A DNA stretch of 64,000 nt, taken from an uncultured delta proteobacterium (GTDB lineage: Bacteria; Desulfobacterota; Syntrophobacteria; Syntrophobacterales; Syntrophobacteraceae). Location: NCBI GenBank assembly GCA_963808625.1, contig CAWEHK010000008.1, positions 1-64,000 of the forward strand, read 5' to 3'. This document shows, piece by piece, positions 46,200-57,224 of this stretch. The notes under the pieces are model-generated. The model saw only the letters and a list, made by a program, of their open reading frames with translations, did not search any database and was not told the origin of the DNA. Made by a program: the position numbers and the translations under genes. Positions within the stretch are counted from its first letter, which is position 1, and each line of letters opens with the position of its first letter.

Positions 46200-49100
46200 C
46201 TATGATCCTTGGGTTTGGCGTTCTGAGCAGACCGATTGAAAGAGTCTCTCGAATCCGTTGCGATCACGTTGGCTCGGGACCTCGGGGGCGTCAGCACCCA
46301 TTTCCTTGAGATCAATGCCGGTGACGACGTCACGCTGAATCAATTCCTTCAGCGCCAGGCGGGCAAGTCCCATTTTCCGCAAGTGATCCCGCACTCGAAA
46401 ATATAAGACCCGCTTCGCTTCATCCAACACCGTGAAGCCGAAATTAAATTCCAGCCTTTCCAACCCTTCCGGTCTTGGCGGCAGGATGACAAGTTTCAGC
46501 GGGATGATGGTAATTTTCTCTTCGATCAGCTCCGCATTTCGTCTTATGAAAGAATGCAGTAGTTGAATTTCGAGGAAATTGAGGCTCGGCTCGCCGGCTT
46601 CCTTCACGCTGAGACGTTGTGCCACTTCGACGCTACCAAGCTCCAGCCCCAGATACCTTTGACAGAATCCCTGAAAGCGTGCGCCAAAGTTGCAGGCGCT
46701 GATTGCCCAGGTTACGCGGAACATTCCCGACCATGACCAATGCCTGAAGAGGTTCATCCAGCCCCGATTGTCAGGATGGTCATAGTTTTGCTTCAGGTTG
46801 AGGTCATGGTAAACGTTTTCCATTAACTGGATTACCGAGTTACAGAGATAAAAACCGCCGCGAAGTTCCTCGTACTTTTTTGGCAACCACCATTCGGGTC
46901 CCTTCTTAACGTCGCCGGTCGCGTGCAGGCTGAGACTTTCCCATTCCGGGCAAATTTGCGCATCGAGGAACTTCAGGTTCTCATCCTTCCGAATCCTCTC
47001 AAGAATCCCGTCCATGGCCTGGGCGTGTCTGGTGAAAGCAGCACGCACGTCGAAACTGGGAGGATACCAAACCTGTCGCAACTCGGATAAGAGCGCCTCC
47101 GGATCGACGTCTGATCTTAGCTGATTGGTTTTCTTGAGCTTTTCGACCACCTCTTTAAAAACCGATGAGGCAACATGATAGCCAAGCTTACGGTAGCTTT
47201 CGAATTGCGCTTCATCAAACCACTGATCTGCCGTTGTCTCGTGGGGAAACTCCGGATTGCTCGCATGGTAGCTGAGCAGGTCGGTCGGTTCATCTCCCGT
47301 AAGCGACGTCTTGAGGAAAACGAGCGTGCCGGCAGTTGCGTCACGGTCCACTCGTTCATAATGAATGGCGCCGATGGCACAATGCCAGAGGCTGCGGTTC
47401 GAGTCACCCTGAGGCCTGATGGGGTTGACATCAATCTCGATCTCAATGCCGAAGTCCGCATTGCATTTCCTGATGGCATTGCCAAGGTCAGCGAACGCAA
47501 ATTTACCGTCCTCAGTCGCATCGCAGGCCACGATGAAATGGCAGCGCCGCTTCACCAATTCATAGATGCCAAGATTCTCAAAGTGTCCCCCATCGGACAG
47601 GTAGACAAAGCTCGAATCGGCATTGGAAAGACCAAACAGTTCCTCCATCAGATATTTGAGCCCAAACCGAGGCCCGGGCTCCATCCATTTGGACTGGGCG
47701 GGATTTCCAACCCACCAGCCCAGGCGCACGTTAAAGATCGTGAGAAGAAATGCCAGAGGTGGTGAGGAGTGGTATCCCATGTTCGGGCTGGCGGCAGCTC
47801 CGGAGATGGCCAATGCCGTCCCCAGGGAGATGCCTCCATCGGGATTGGTGAAATTGATCGTCGGGCGGTAACATCCCGTCAACTGGTGGTCTGCATCCTT
47901 CCTGCCACCACCCGGCCCGCCATCAGCGGAAGGCCATTCATAGCCGCAGAAGCGCGGCGTGAATACAAAAGACGCCGCTTTCCTCTGCTGCCACGCGAGC
48001 TCCTTCCCTCCAACCAGATTCAAAGCGGCATTAATGATCAAGTAAGGTCCCCGGTAGATCATGCCATCTTTGCGGGGTTCCGATGGGGAAAGCTCTTTGA
48101 GTCTCAGGTCGTCATTGGCGGAAAATCCGGTGAACGGCTGGGGTTTGCGAGAACGATTGGAGGCCCCCAAATAGCAGCGCGTAAGTCGATTCCGATAAAG
48201 GTGGTGCATCGAAAATTCGTTAATGTCTACACGCAATGATAGAGCACCCATCAATAATGAGAAACCGAGAAACAAGAGAAACAAGAACTTGCCGTCCAGC
48301 GTCAGATTCATGGTGTAGAAATAACATCCGATGAGACCATCGAGGGCGCTCGCTCCGGCCGCAGGTGCACAGCTGTAATCTTGACCATATTCGGTCATGA
48401 TTCTGGTTAATTGCGGGATCAGCCACTCATTCAACATCGCTGCCGAAAGGACCGACAGCAAAATGAACAGGCCGACGACAAAGATGCCCGGCGTGAACAA
48501 GGCGATCATTTCAATCCAGTTCTTGGCCCCTGGCTTGCCCGCTTTCGAGCTTTTGGCTGCAATGACACCTCCGATTGTCGAAACCAACCACCCTGAAGTC
48601 AGGCACCATTTGACCCAATCCTCCGCGAACTTCAGCTTAAGAACCAGAGGACCGTAAATGGCAATCCCGAAGCCTCCCCCCCAAACCAGCATGACAATGA
48701 GGAGCCACCCACCCAGGCGGCTCCACCACTCCCGCTTTTCCTCGGGGAATTCTCTGCCCATCAAGCCTATATGCAAGGCGACAATAGCCGAAAAAACCAG
48801 AATCATAATGGGTGGGCCGAAACTCACGATACCCCATAGCCCCGACAAACCGCTGTAGAGCTCACCCAGGAGACTGGCGCAGCCCCACATCAGAAGGCCG
48901 CCAAAAAATCCTGCCAGCGGAGCGGAAAGCCAGACGGCTCGTTTCAAAACCTTCTGTTCGCCTGACCTATCCTGCCGGGTAATCGTCGCGGGTGGCCCAT
49001 CCTGAACCTTTGATTTTCTCTCCAGGATTTTCCCCTGTGCCCATTGGGAAAACTGACCGGTCGACCAGCAAAGCACCCATAGCAGGAGATATCCTGCGGC

Positions 49101-50176
49101 GCCGCCGAATGCCCAATGACTCCATTTCATCTGATTCACGGCTGGGATCGCCGAAACCATGTAACTTATAAGCAAAGCCGCCACCACAACAGGTAAAACA
49201 ACGAGCCATAGAATCCCGCGTTGACTGACATAGAACGGCGCCTTTGCCGTTATCCCGGCTGACGAAGGGCCAAGATTAAGGGTGATGGTCAGGAGGCTCA
49301 CTGAGAGAAGCACGATGGTAAGGGGAATGAAGATAAATGGAACCAAACTCACGTACAATGATTCTTTCAAGGGTGTCAGTGCCCACACCAGAAGGCGAGG
49401 AATGATAAGAAGGCTGAAGAGGCCGGCTGAAAGAATGGTGAGGTTGAGGCACAGGTTGCGCGAATAGGTGGACACCACCGACCATGCATCAGCACTGAAC
49501 AGTCCCGTTTTGGGGGTGATGTAGTTGCTGTACCTCCGAAGAAAGCTGATGGCCGCAGGTTCGTGCCTCGTTCGCTGCTCGTTGACTACTGGATTTTGGG
49601 GCACGGCAGGGTCGGAAAAATCCGGCGCGATCTCTTCCTCCACCCCGGGCAGCAAGGGTTCGCGCCTGATCAGGGCGGAGAACCAGCTTCCGATGTAACC
49701 CCCTCCCGATACTGTCGAAAGGTAATCGAAGAGGCGCAGCAATCTTCAACTCGGCGAATGCCTGCAAGACACCAAGGTTGAAGGTGGCGCTTCGAATTCC
49801 GCCCCCGGAGAAAGCGAGGCCCACAAGCTGAGCATGGTGGGCATCTTCCACTCCGCGTTCCTGCTGCAATACCTCGCTGTGGAAATTGCAGCCGTCTTTT
49901 GCGCGAGAGGCTGATTTCAAAGAGTTCCCTTTTCAAGATATCCGTAAACGTATATCCATCCTTCTGTTCATCAAGGAAAAAAATCTGCCGCCACGTTTCG
50001 GGATTGGTAATCACATCTTCTGCCAGGTTGTGATCGTGCTGGAAGGCTTTAACGGCCCTTACCGTTTCTTCATCAAAGTTCCCATGAATCTCGCCCCGAT
50101 AGTATCCCAACTCTGCCAGGCGGGTTTGAATCATTTCCACCGTTTCCGATCTGAGCATGCTCTGATCGCTTGGCAT
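46200..50176 (-). CDS. Large patatin/cPLA2-like membrane phospholipase with N-terminal peptidoglycan-binding domain (frameshifts near 49745 and 49880)
   Basis: IQTRLAELGYY.G...G.F...T..AV.AFQ (PG_binding_1); GLAFSGGGIRSA, STVSGGGY (Ser), LSDGGHFENLG (Asp); central multi-TM block. Confidence 0.85.
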
Positions 50177-50194
50177 CAATGCCTCCTTCCTCGG

Positions 50195-51772
50195 CTATCC
50201 TGATTCAACGGGGAGCGTGACCACGACCTGGCAGCCCTGCCCCAGAGTGCTTTTGATTTCGATATTGCCCCGATGGACTTTGATGATTCCATAGGAAACC
50301 GCCAGCCCCAGTCCTGTGCCCATTTCCTTGGTAGTGAAAAACGGGTCGAAAAGCTTGTCCAGGTTTTGCGCGGTTATGCCCGGGCCATTGTCTTCGAAAT
50401 AGATAACCGCCTGGGAGCGCTCCGGAAGGTGCTCGGTCCGGATCGTTATGGTTCCCCCGTTGGTCATGGCTTCGGAGGCGTTGACCACGATATTGAAAAA
50501 GACCTGCTTGAGCTGGTCCCGGTCTGCCATCAACGGCGGGACCTCGCCCTCCATTTCCCTCACCAGGTGAATGTTCTGGAAGGATTCCTGGTTCGCCACG
50601 ATGTTCAGGACCTCCGTCAGGAGCACACGAATATCGACGGAACGCTTTTCGGGGGCCGTCTGCCGTGAAAACTCGAGGAGCCCGCGCACAATTTTTCGGC
50701 AGCGCAGGGTCTCCTGATGGATCACTTTGAGGTCCTGGTAGGCGGTGCTTTCCGGGGGAAATTGTTCCATCAGGAGCTGGCTGAAGGTGAGGACGCCGGT
50801 GAGAGGATTATTGATCTCATGGGCCACACCCGCCGCGAGTTTTCCGACGGATGCCAGCTTCTCACTCCGCACGAGCCGCTCCTGGGCTTCCCGCAGGTCG
50901 CGGGTGCGCTCATCCACGAGATGTTCCAGCCGGTTGCCCCACTCCGTGAGCGCGGTTTTTGCCCGCTTCAAATCCTGGGTCATTTGATTGAACGAGCGGG
51001 CGAAAATGCCCAACTCATCCTCTGTGCGAATCGGGATTTGAAAATCCAGGTCCCCCTGAGCCACGCGATGGGTGCCCTCGATGAGCTGTCTCACCGGTTG
51101 ATTCAGAAAGCGGTTCATCAGGAACTTGATGAGGCAGGCAAGAGAAATGAGCGTCGCCAGGCCGATCAGGACGAGATTCACTTCCGCTGCCACAATGCGC
51201 TCATCCGTCGGCTGCAGGGAAACGTCAATGTCGAGCACCCCCAAGACTTTCTGCTCCGGAGGGTGGACATGGCAGGCGGCATTGTAACAATCGGGTTCGT
51301 TGTAGATGGGATTGATGATGCCGAGCACCCGGTATCCTCCCGGGGCGCGAAAAATCCTGGTGCGCTCGGGCATGGCCAGCCTTTCCAGCGGCTTTTCGGC
51401 GGCATGGCAGGCGTAGCACTGCTCGGCCCGCTTATCCACCAGCATGTTCATCTCCGCCTTGTCCGAGGAATAGATGATCTCCCCCAGGGAATTGAAAATC
51501 CGCATCTTATCGAGAGATGGCTGGGCCCCGAGCGTGTCCACCAACTGGTGAAGGCGGTCGGGGGCATAGAGAAGCATGTCCTTGCGGGTACTGAGTTTTA
51601 CGGTATCGCTGAGGATATTGGCGCTTCTGATGACTTCTTCGATGAGCTGCTTGCGCTGATTCTGGATGGCGAAGTAGGTATAGGCGGTAATCAGAACGAT
51701 CACCAGGAGACTGGTCAGGACGCTCATTTTGGCGCCGATGCGCTGGTGCCAGGCCAGCTTTTTCAGCCACAT
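50195..51772 (-). CDS. HAMP sensor histidine kinase with CxxCH-containing periplasmic domain
   Basis: CYACH and C.NAACHVH motifs, HAMP, AHEINNPL, DNGPG, FFTTK.GTGLGL. Confidence 0.92.
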   Translation of the reverse strand: MWLKKLAWHQRIGAKMSVLTSLLVIVLITAYTYFAIQNQRKQLIEEVIRSANILSDTVKLSTRKDMLLYAPDRLHQLVDTLGAQPSLDKMRIFNSLGEIIYSSDKAEMNMLVDKRAEQCYACHAAEKPLERLAMPERTRIFRAPGGYRVLGIINPIYNEPDCYNAACHVHPPEQKVLGVLDIDVSLQPTDERIVAAEVNLVLIGLATLISLACLIKFLMNRFLNQPVRQLIEGTHRVAQGDLDFQIPIRTEDELGIFARSFNQMTQDLKRAKTALTEWGNRLEHLVDERTRDLREAQERLVRSEKLASVGKLAAGVAHEINNPLTGVLTFSQLLMEQFPPESTAYQDLKVIHQETLRCRKIVRGLLEFSRQTAPEKRSVDIRVLLTEVLNIVANQESFQNIHLVREMEGEVPPLMADRDQLKQVFFNIVVNASEAMTNGGTITIRTEHLPERSQAVIYFEDNGPGITAQNLDKLFDPFFTTKEMGTGLGLAVSYGIIKVHRGNIEIKSTLGQGCQVVVTLPVESG

Positions 51773-51880
51773 GCGGTGTTCTCCCGTATCAACGTGAGAC
51801 GTTGAAGTCCCTGACCGAAATGGTGATTCAGACTAACTTCCATTACCCACAGGGTCACAACAAAGCATGAAAACCCCCTG

Positions 51881-51945
51881 TGTCATTCCGGCGTACGCCG
51901 GAATCCAGAAGAATAGCCTGGATACCGGCTTTCACCGGTATGACA
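51881..51945. repeat. GTCATTCCGG...GGAATCCAG palindromic repeat
   Basis: Same family as the cores at 17466 and 37434 and the half copy near 11963. Confidence 0.8.
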
Positions 51946-52260
51946 GGAGTAATCCCATATAAACCAATTGGCCGGCGACTCTCAAGGATCATTTCCATTG
52001 ACGGATGCATGGAGAAGGCAACGGGCAAACTTTTTCATCAACTGCACCTTCGTCAGCTTGCATTTTTTGCTTCCTGTCCCTATGCTATCTCGCTTGCTCG
52101 TGGAGGGCGCTGCAGGCTCATCCCCCCAGACGCCGGGGTCATGATGAGACTCAACTAAACCCGGATGGCCTACGGTCACAACCAACTATGAAAATGGCGG
52201 CCGCCTGCAATTTTGGCCTTTTTCTGACCACTGGCCACTGACCACCGGCCACTATTTTTT

Positions 52261-54210
52261 ATGCAACAGGACTTGCTGATGACCGTCAAGCTCACTTTTG
52301 ATCCTTATGACATCACTATCGAAGTCCCGGAGGGGGAAAATCTGCTCCGGGCCGCCTCGGATGCCGGTATCCATATCAATGCCTCCTGCGGAGGCGAAGG
52401 CGTGTGCGGCAAATGCAGGATTCTCCTGGAATCGGGGGAACTGGATACGACCCGTTCCGGATTCCTGAGCGATGAAGCCTGGAACCTGGGTTATCGTCAG
52501 GCGTGCCAGTGCCGCCTTCAGTCCGATGCGGTAATCCGGGTCCCGCCTGAATCTCTTTTAGACCACCACACGCTCACGCGCCGCCGCTCAGGGATCGCTC
52601 TGCGCCCAAGCGCCATCGACATCGAAGCTCTGAAGGCATCAGGGTTTTATCATCCTGCTTTCCAAAAGCGGTTCGTCAAACTCCCGCCACCAACCTTACA
52701 TGACAATGTCTGCGATCTCTCCCGTCTGGAGCAGGGTTTGGCCCGCCAACACGCTCTTGGCACGGTCACGATAGACTATTACCTGCTGCGGAAGCTTGCC
52801 CAGGTGATGCGCGAGGGCAATTATCAAATCACCGCCTCTCTCGATTATTCGCGCCGGCGCTATCGCTTTCCGCACATGCTGAACGTTGAGCCCGGCGACA
52901 CCACCCAGCGCCACTTCGCTCTTGCGGTAGATATCGGCACCACCACGGTCTGGGTCCAGTTGGTGGATCTCGCCAAAGGGAAGATTCTCGACCACGCTGC
53001 CGATTACAACGGTCAGATCAGCTATGGGGATGACGTCATCACCCGGATCATTTTCAGCCAGACCGACCAGGGGCTGCAGAAGCTACAGCGTTCGGCGGCG
53101 GCTTCGATCAACCAGATCATGCACCGGTTGCTGAAGCGACACCATTTGTCAGTGGATGAGATTTCGCACCTGACGCTGGCGGCCAATACCACCATGACGC
53201 ACCTTTTCTACGGTCTCGAGTCAAGATATATCCGGCTGGCACCCTACACTCCCGCAGCCTGCAGCATCCCGCTCACGCGGGCGCGCGACCTGGGACTGGA
53301 CCTGCCGCCCCATGTTTTCATCTATTGCGTAAGCTCGGTCGCGAGCTTCGTCGGTGGTGACATTGTCGCCGGGGTGCTCGCCTCGGGCATTTTTAAGGAC
53401 CACAGACTGACCCTCTACATCGATATCGGGACCAACGGCGAGATTGTCATCGGCAATGAAGACTGGCTTGCCTGCGCCGCGTGCTCGGCCGGGCCGGCCT
53501 TCGAGGGCGGCGGCATCCGGTTTGGCATGCGCGCCACCAGCGGCGCCATCGAAGATGTGAGCGTCAATCCCGACACCTATGAACCCATGATCATAACCAT
53601 CGACATGGTGAAACCGAAAGGGATCTGCGGGTCGGGCTTGATCAATCTCCTGGCGGCCCTCATGGAAGCCAATCTCATCGGACCCAACGGCCGGTTCCGG
53701 GACGACCTGGACACGCCCCGGATTCGCATGGGAGAGTTTGGCCGGGAATATGTTCTGGCCACCGCGCCCGACACTCAGAGCGGCCGGGATATCACCCTGA
53801 GTGAAGCCGACGTCGACAACCTCATGCGCGCCAAAGCGGCCATGTTTGCCGGCTATGTGACGCTGCTCCAAAATGTCGGGTACACGCTGCAGGACCTCGA
53901 ACAGGTGATCCTTGCCGGAGCGTTCGGCAATTTCATCAATATCGAAAATGCCATTACCATTGGTCTCCTCCCCGACCTCCCCCGCGAGCGCTTTCAATTC
54001 GTCGGCAACGGCTCCCTCCAGGGCGCCACGCTGCTGGCCTTATCGCGCGAACTGCTGGCCGAGGAGCGCCGGGTAGCGTCGATGATGACCAACTTCGAAC
54101 TCTCGGAAACCCCCGGCTTCATGAACCACTACACCGCCGCCCTCTTTCTCCCGCACACGCAGATGGACCTCTTCCCCACGGTAAAGGAGCGCGTCCAGGG
54201 TCGCAAGTAG
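52261..54210 (+). CDS. RACo/DUF4445 ASKHA-family reductive activator of corrinoid proteins with 2Fe-2S domain
   Basis: CGGEGVCGKC...ACQC, DIGTTT, DIGTNGE, CSAGPAFEG, GICGSG, LAGAFG. Confidence 0.92.
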   Translation: MQQDLLMTVKLTFDPYDITIEVPEGENLLRAASDAGIHINASCGGEGVCGKCRILLESGELDTTRSGFLSDEAWNLGYRQACQCRLQSDAVIRVPPESLLDHHTLTRRRSGIALRPSAIDIEALKASGFYHPAFQKRFVKLPPPTLHDNVCDLSRLEQGLARQHALGTVTIDYYLLRKLAQVMREGNYQITASLDYSRRRYRFPHMLNVEPGDTTQRHFALAVDIGTTTVWVQLVDLAKGKILDHAADYNGQISYGDDVITRIIFSQTDQGLQKLQRSAAASINQIMHRLLKRHHLSVDEISHLTLAANTTMTHLFYGLESRYIRLAPYTPAACSIPLTRARDLGLDLPPHVFIYCVSSVASFVGGDIVAGVLASGIFKDHRLTLYIDIGTNGEIVIGNEDWLACAACSAGPAFEGGGIRFGMRATSGAIEDVSVNPDTYEPMIITIDMVKPKGICGSGLINLLAALMEANLIGPNGRFRDDLDTPRIRMGEFGREYVLATAPDTQSGRDITLSEADVDNLMRAKAAMFAGYVTLLQNVGYTLQDLEQVILAGAFGNFINIENAITIGLLPDLPRERFQFVGNGSLQGATLLALSRELLAEERRVASMMTNFELSETPGFMNHYTAALFLPHTQMDLFPTVKERVQGRK

Positions 54211-54657
54211 GGCTTACCCACCAGAAAGACGGCCTTGAGTTGGAAGTTTTGAGCCAGTTTCTCATTACAAGTTTGAGAAAAAGGTCAAAGCACGAGCCGG
54301 CAGCAGATTGAATTGGCTCGACTGGAGTTTTCCTGAACTGGGATATCTTTCGTCTTGTATGAGCTACCACAGAAGCGGGCACCCTATCAGAAACCGCTTG
54401 TCGCGAGTCTGTGCATCAAATATATTGAAAAAACAAAGTCATGCGGGAAGTCAGGACACGAGCAGACGCCCATAGGATAGGCCATTCCAGGGCTGAGCCC
54501 ACCTTCTCAGGTTGTGGAGTTATACAGAAACCACAGAATCACTGGCTGATCAGGACACCGTGGGCTTGGGTCGACAATTGGCAATAAATATGCTGAACGC
54601 GAAGCATGCTTCGTGTTTGCCTTCAAAGGAGAATTGTGCACCTCCTGCCCTGGCGCC

Positions 54658-54714
54658 TATCAACCAAAAGTTTCACCTTAGTCCTTTCAGTCACAGGTGA
54701 CCTTTGTGTTGGAG
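54658..54714 (+). other. attC-like recombination site
   Basis: ...CAAC CAAAAG TTTCACCT - loop - AGGTGA CCTTTGT GTTGGAG: AAC/GTT cores with paired L boxes. Confidence 0.6.
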
Positions 54715-55269
54715 CACGGAGATTATATCAAGGAGGATTATTATGACCTTATCTAAGAAGGTGTTCATCAGTTACGACAAGGCGGATACTACGTTCGCTC
54801 ATCATTTATCTGAAGATCTAAAGCGTTTAGACGTGGAAGTCTGGATTGCCCCTGAAAGTATTCTGCCCGGCGAAGCTTGGGTCGATGCGATCAACGTATT
54901 AAGAATTTCGGTGTGGCGCGGGCAAGACGGAGAACTCTCATAGCAGTGCGGACTGAGCCGCCACACAATTCTGGGTTGAACTAAGCCGGGCGGGACATCT
55001 TATTTGGAGTTTGAATACCTGAGGTACCTGAAGGGGGAGTGTGTTTTGACCGGAGAGGGGGACAAAAAGGACAGGACGATGTGTGTGAGGGGGTGAAATG
55101 AGTGTGGTGCACCGAATTGGGACTCCCTTCTGAGGAGAAAAAGGCATCATTCATCTTTGCCTGAGTATTGTTGCCATGAGAACGGCGCAATCGTCCCTTG
55201 TAGCTAAAAGGAGTCTTTTTGCACCGCCCGTTCCTTGCTACTCAAGAAGAACCCCATCGAGAGCCGGTA

Positions 55270-56361
55270 TTATGGAGGCAATCGACCCATGGGTTTAAGA
55301 ACCTCAACATGTATCAGGATGGTCCCGCACTTGGGGCAACGCGGAGCATCCATTTGTTCTTTGGCATCTGAAGAATCTCCTTTTGTCTTGGCTTCAGTCG
55401 GGCCCGCGGCGAGCAGTTCTTTTACCCTTCTTAGCAAATGGCGATTGCCGGGAGCCAAGAAACCATAATACCTGACCTTGATGAATCGATCCGGCAAGAT
55501 GTGGCATAAAAACCTGCGGATAAACTCCTCGGCACTGATCGTACAAAGCTTGATCCGGCCGGTGTCCGGCTCCTTGTACTCGAAAGTGACCCTGCCGTCT
55601 TCCAGTTTGCGGATGCGATTGTTCGTGATGGCTACGCGAAAGATGTAGGGAGCGAGATACTGGAAGGCTTCCTCTCCAGACCCCACAGGCTCACAGTCAA
55701 CCACCCATTCCTTTTTCCACGCGCCGGGATCGATTTCGAGGAAGAGATCGGTTTGTTTAAGCTCATCTCGGAACTTGGCTCTAAAAAGCATGGCGAGTGG
55801 CTTGGTGTGAAAAAGGAAGTCCTTGCGTGATGAAAGCCACTTACTGCCATCGCATGACATGCCTCCTCCGGGAACGAGGTAGTGAATGTGGGGATGATAC
55901 CAAATGTCCCGTGTCCAGGTCTGGAGGACACCCACCATGCCGATGAGTCCTCCGATGAATCTGGGATCTTTTGCAATCTGCTGCATGGCTTCCGCCGAGG
56001 TACGAAAGAGGATATTGTAGAGGAGCTTCTGGTGCCGGCGCACCAGGTTCCGGAATTCCTCGGGAAGAGTGAATGTCACCATGAAATAGGTGATGGGGAG
56101 CAGCAAATGCTTTTGGCTCTCCAGCCACACTCGTGCCTGATCGTTCTGACATTTGGGGCAGTGCCTGTTCTTGCAGGAGTGGTAGCTGTAGCGGTGTTCG
56201 GCGCATGTCTCGCAATAGTAGACATGGCCCCCCATGGCCTCGGTTCGGCATTGCTCGATGTCGTCCATGGCCTCAAGATGGCTCGGGAGCATTCGATGGG
56301 AGAACTTTTCCCGGTACTCAGGTCCATGAAGGCGGAAGATATCCGCTACTTCCGCTTTCAC
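55270..56361 (-). CDS. IS91-family rolling-circle (Y2 HUH) transposase
   Basis: SCKNRHCPKC zinc domain, HPHIH (HUH), YLAPY, VRYYG. Confidence 0.93.
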   Translation of the reverse strand: MKAEVADIFRLHGPEYREKFSHRMLPSHLEAMDDIEQCRTEAMGGHVYYCETCAEHRYSYHSCKNRHCPKCQNDQARVWLESQKHLLLPITYFMVTFTLPEEFRNLVRRHQKLLYNILFRTSAEAMQQIAKDPRFIGGLIGMVGVLQTWTRDIWYHPHIHYLVPGGGMSCDGSKWLSSRKDFLFHTKPLAMLFRAKFRDELKQTDLFLEIDPGAWKKEWVVDCEPVGSGEEAFQYLAPYIFRVAITNNRIRKLEDGRVTFEYKEPDTGRIKLCTISAEEFIRRFLCHILPDRFIKVRYYGFLAPGNRHLLRRVKELLAAGPTEAKTKGDSSDAKEQMDAPRCPKCGTILIHVEVLKPMGRLPP

Positions 56362-57224
56362 AGATCACCCATGATTTGATTGATGGCCTCAACTGCAATG
56401 CTTTCGGCTCGCACGGTCAAGTGGGTGTAGATGGCCGTGGTGGTTGGGGAATCGTGCCCCAGATACTCCTGGATGAGACGAAGGTTGACTCCGGCTTCGA
56501 GCAAATGAGTAGCCCACGAGTGGCGAAGCGTATGCACACTGGCCAGCTTATTGACCCCGCTCTCCTTGAGAGCTTCCTTGAAGGTGATCTGTACACTGCT
56601 CTTTGGCATGGACTCGGTTGCTCCGGGCATGTGGATGCCGCCGCGACCCGGTGCGGGGAAGATAAGGTTGGGATTGCGATGAGTGGCCCAGTAGCGTCGC
56701 AGGATCTCAAGAGTGGTCTTGGGCAGGGGGACATAGCGATCCTTGGCGCCTTTGCCATGGCGTACATGAATGAGCATCCTTGAGCTATCGATATCGGTAA
56801 CCCGAAGGTGTGTGCCCTCCTGTAGGCGCAGTCCGCATGAGTAGATGGTGGTGAGGCATGCTCGATAGCGGTCCAATCGGATGCAGTTCAAGATCTTTCG
56901 GACCTCTTCGATGCTCAGGACGACGGGAAGCTTTTTCTCTCGGGGAGGCCGGACGAAGGTGAGGGTGCTCCAGTCACGTTTTAAGGTGTGCCGGAAGAAG
57001 AACTTGATCCCGCAAAGAGCAATGGTGCTGGCAGTTCTGGAAAACTTTTTGACGTTCTTGAGATAAAGAAAATACTGGCGAAGCTCTTCATCTGTGACTT
57101 GATCGGGAGATTTGTGATAGTGTTCGGAAAGCTTGCGCACTGCCCTGACGTACATTTTCTGAGTTGTGTCAGACATGCCCCTGAGTTGAAGATCCTCGAT
57201 CATTCTCTTTCTGAGCTCAGTCAT
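56358..57224 (-). CDS. Tyrosine recombinase with N-terminal SAM-like domain
   Basis: GLR, GKGAKDR, HTLRH, LGH....T.IYTH; ATGA-coupled to tnp. Confidence 0.93.
   Translation of the reverse strand: MTELRKRMIEDLQLRGMSDTTQKMYVRAVRKLSEHYHKSPDQVTDEELRQYFLYLKNVKKFSRTASTIALCGIKFFFRHTLKRDWSTLTFVRPPREKKLPVVLSIEEVRKILNCIRLDRYRACLTTIYSCGLRLQEGTHLRVTDIDSSRMLIHVRHGKGAKDRYVPLPKTTLEILRRYWATHRNPNLIFPAPGRGGIHMPGATESMPKSSVQITFKEALKESGVNKLASVHTLRHSWATHLLEAGVNLRLIQEYLGHDSPTTTAIYTHLTVRAESIAVEAINQIMGDL

Noticed and set aside
54215..54657. attI or intI promoter relic (GTTATAC near 54519)
   Set aside because: Only a short core motif, with no recognisable intI fragment or paired boxes
56358..57224. Tyrosine recombinase as the integron integrase of the array
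   Set aside because: It is only 288 aa with no evident IntI-specific insertion, is coupled to the IS91 transposase and lies inside the element that splits the TIR gene
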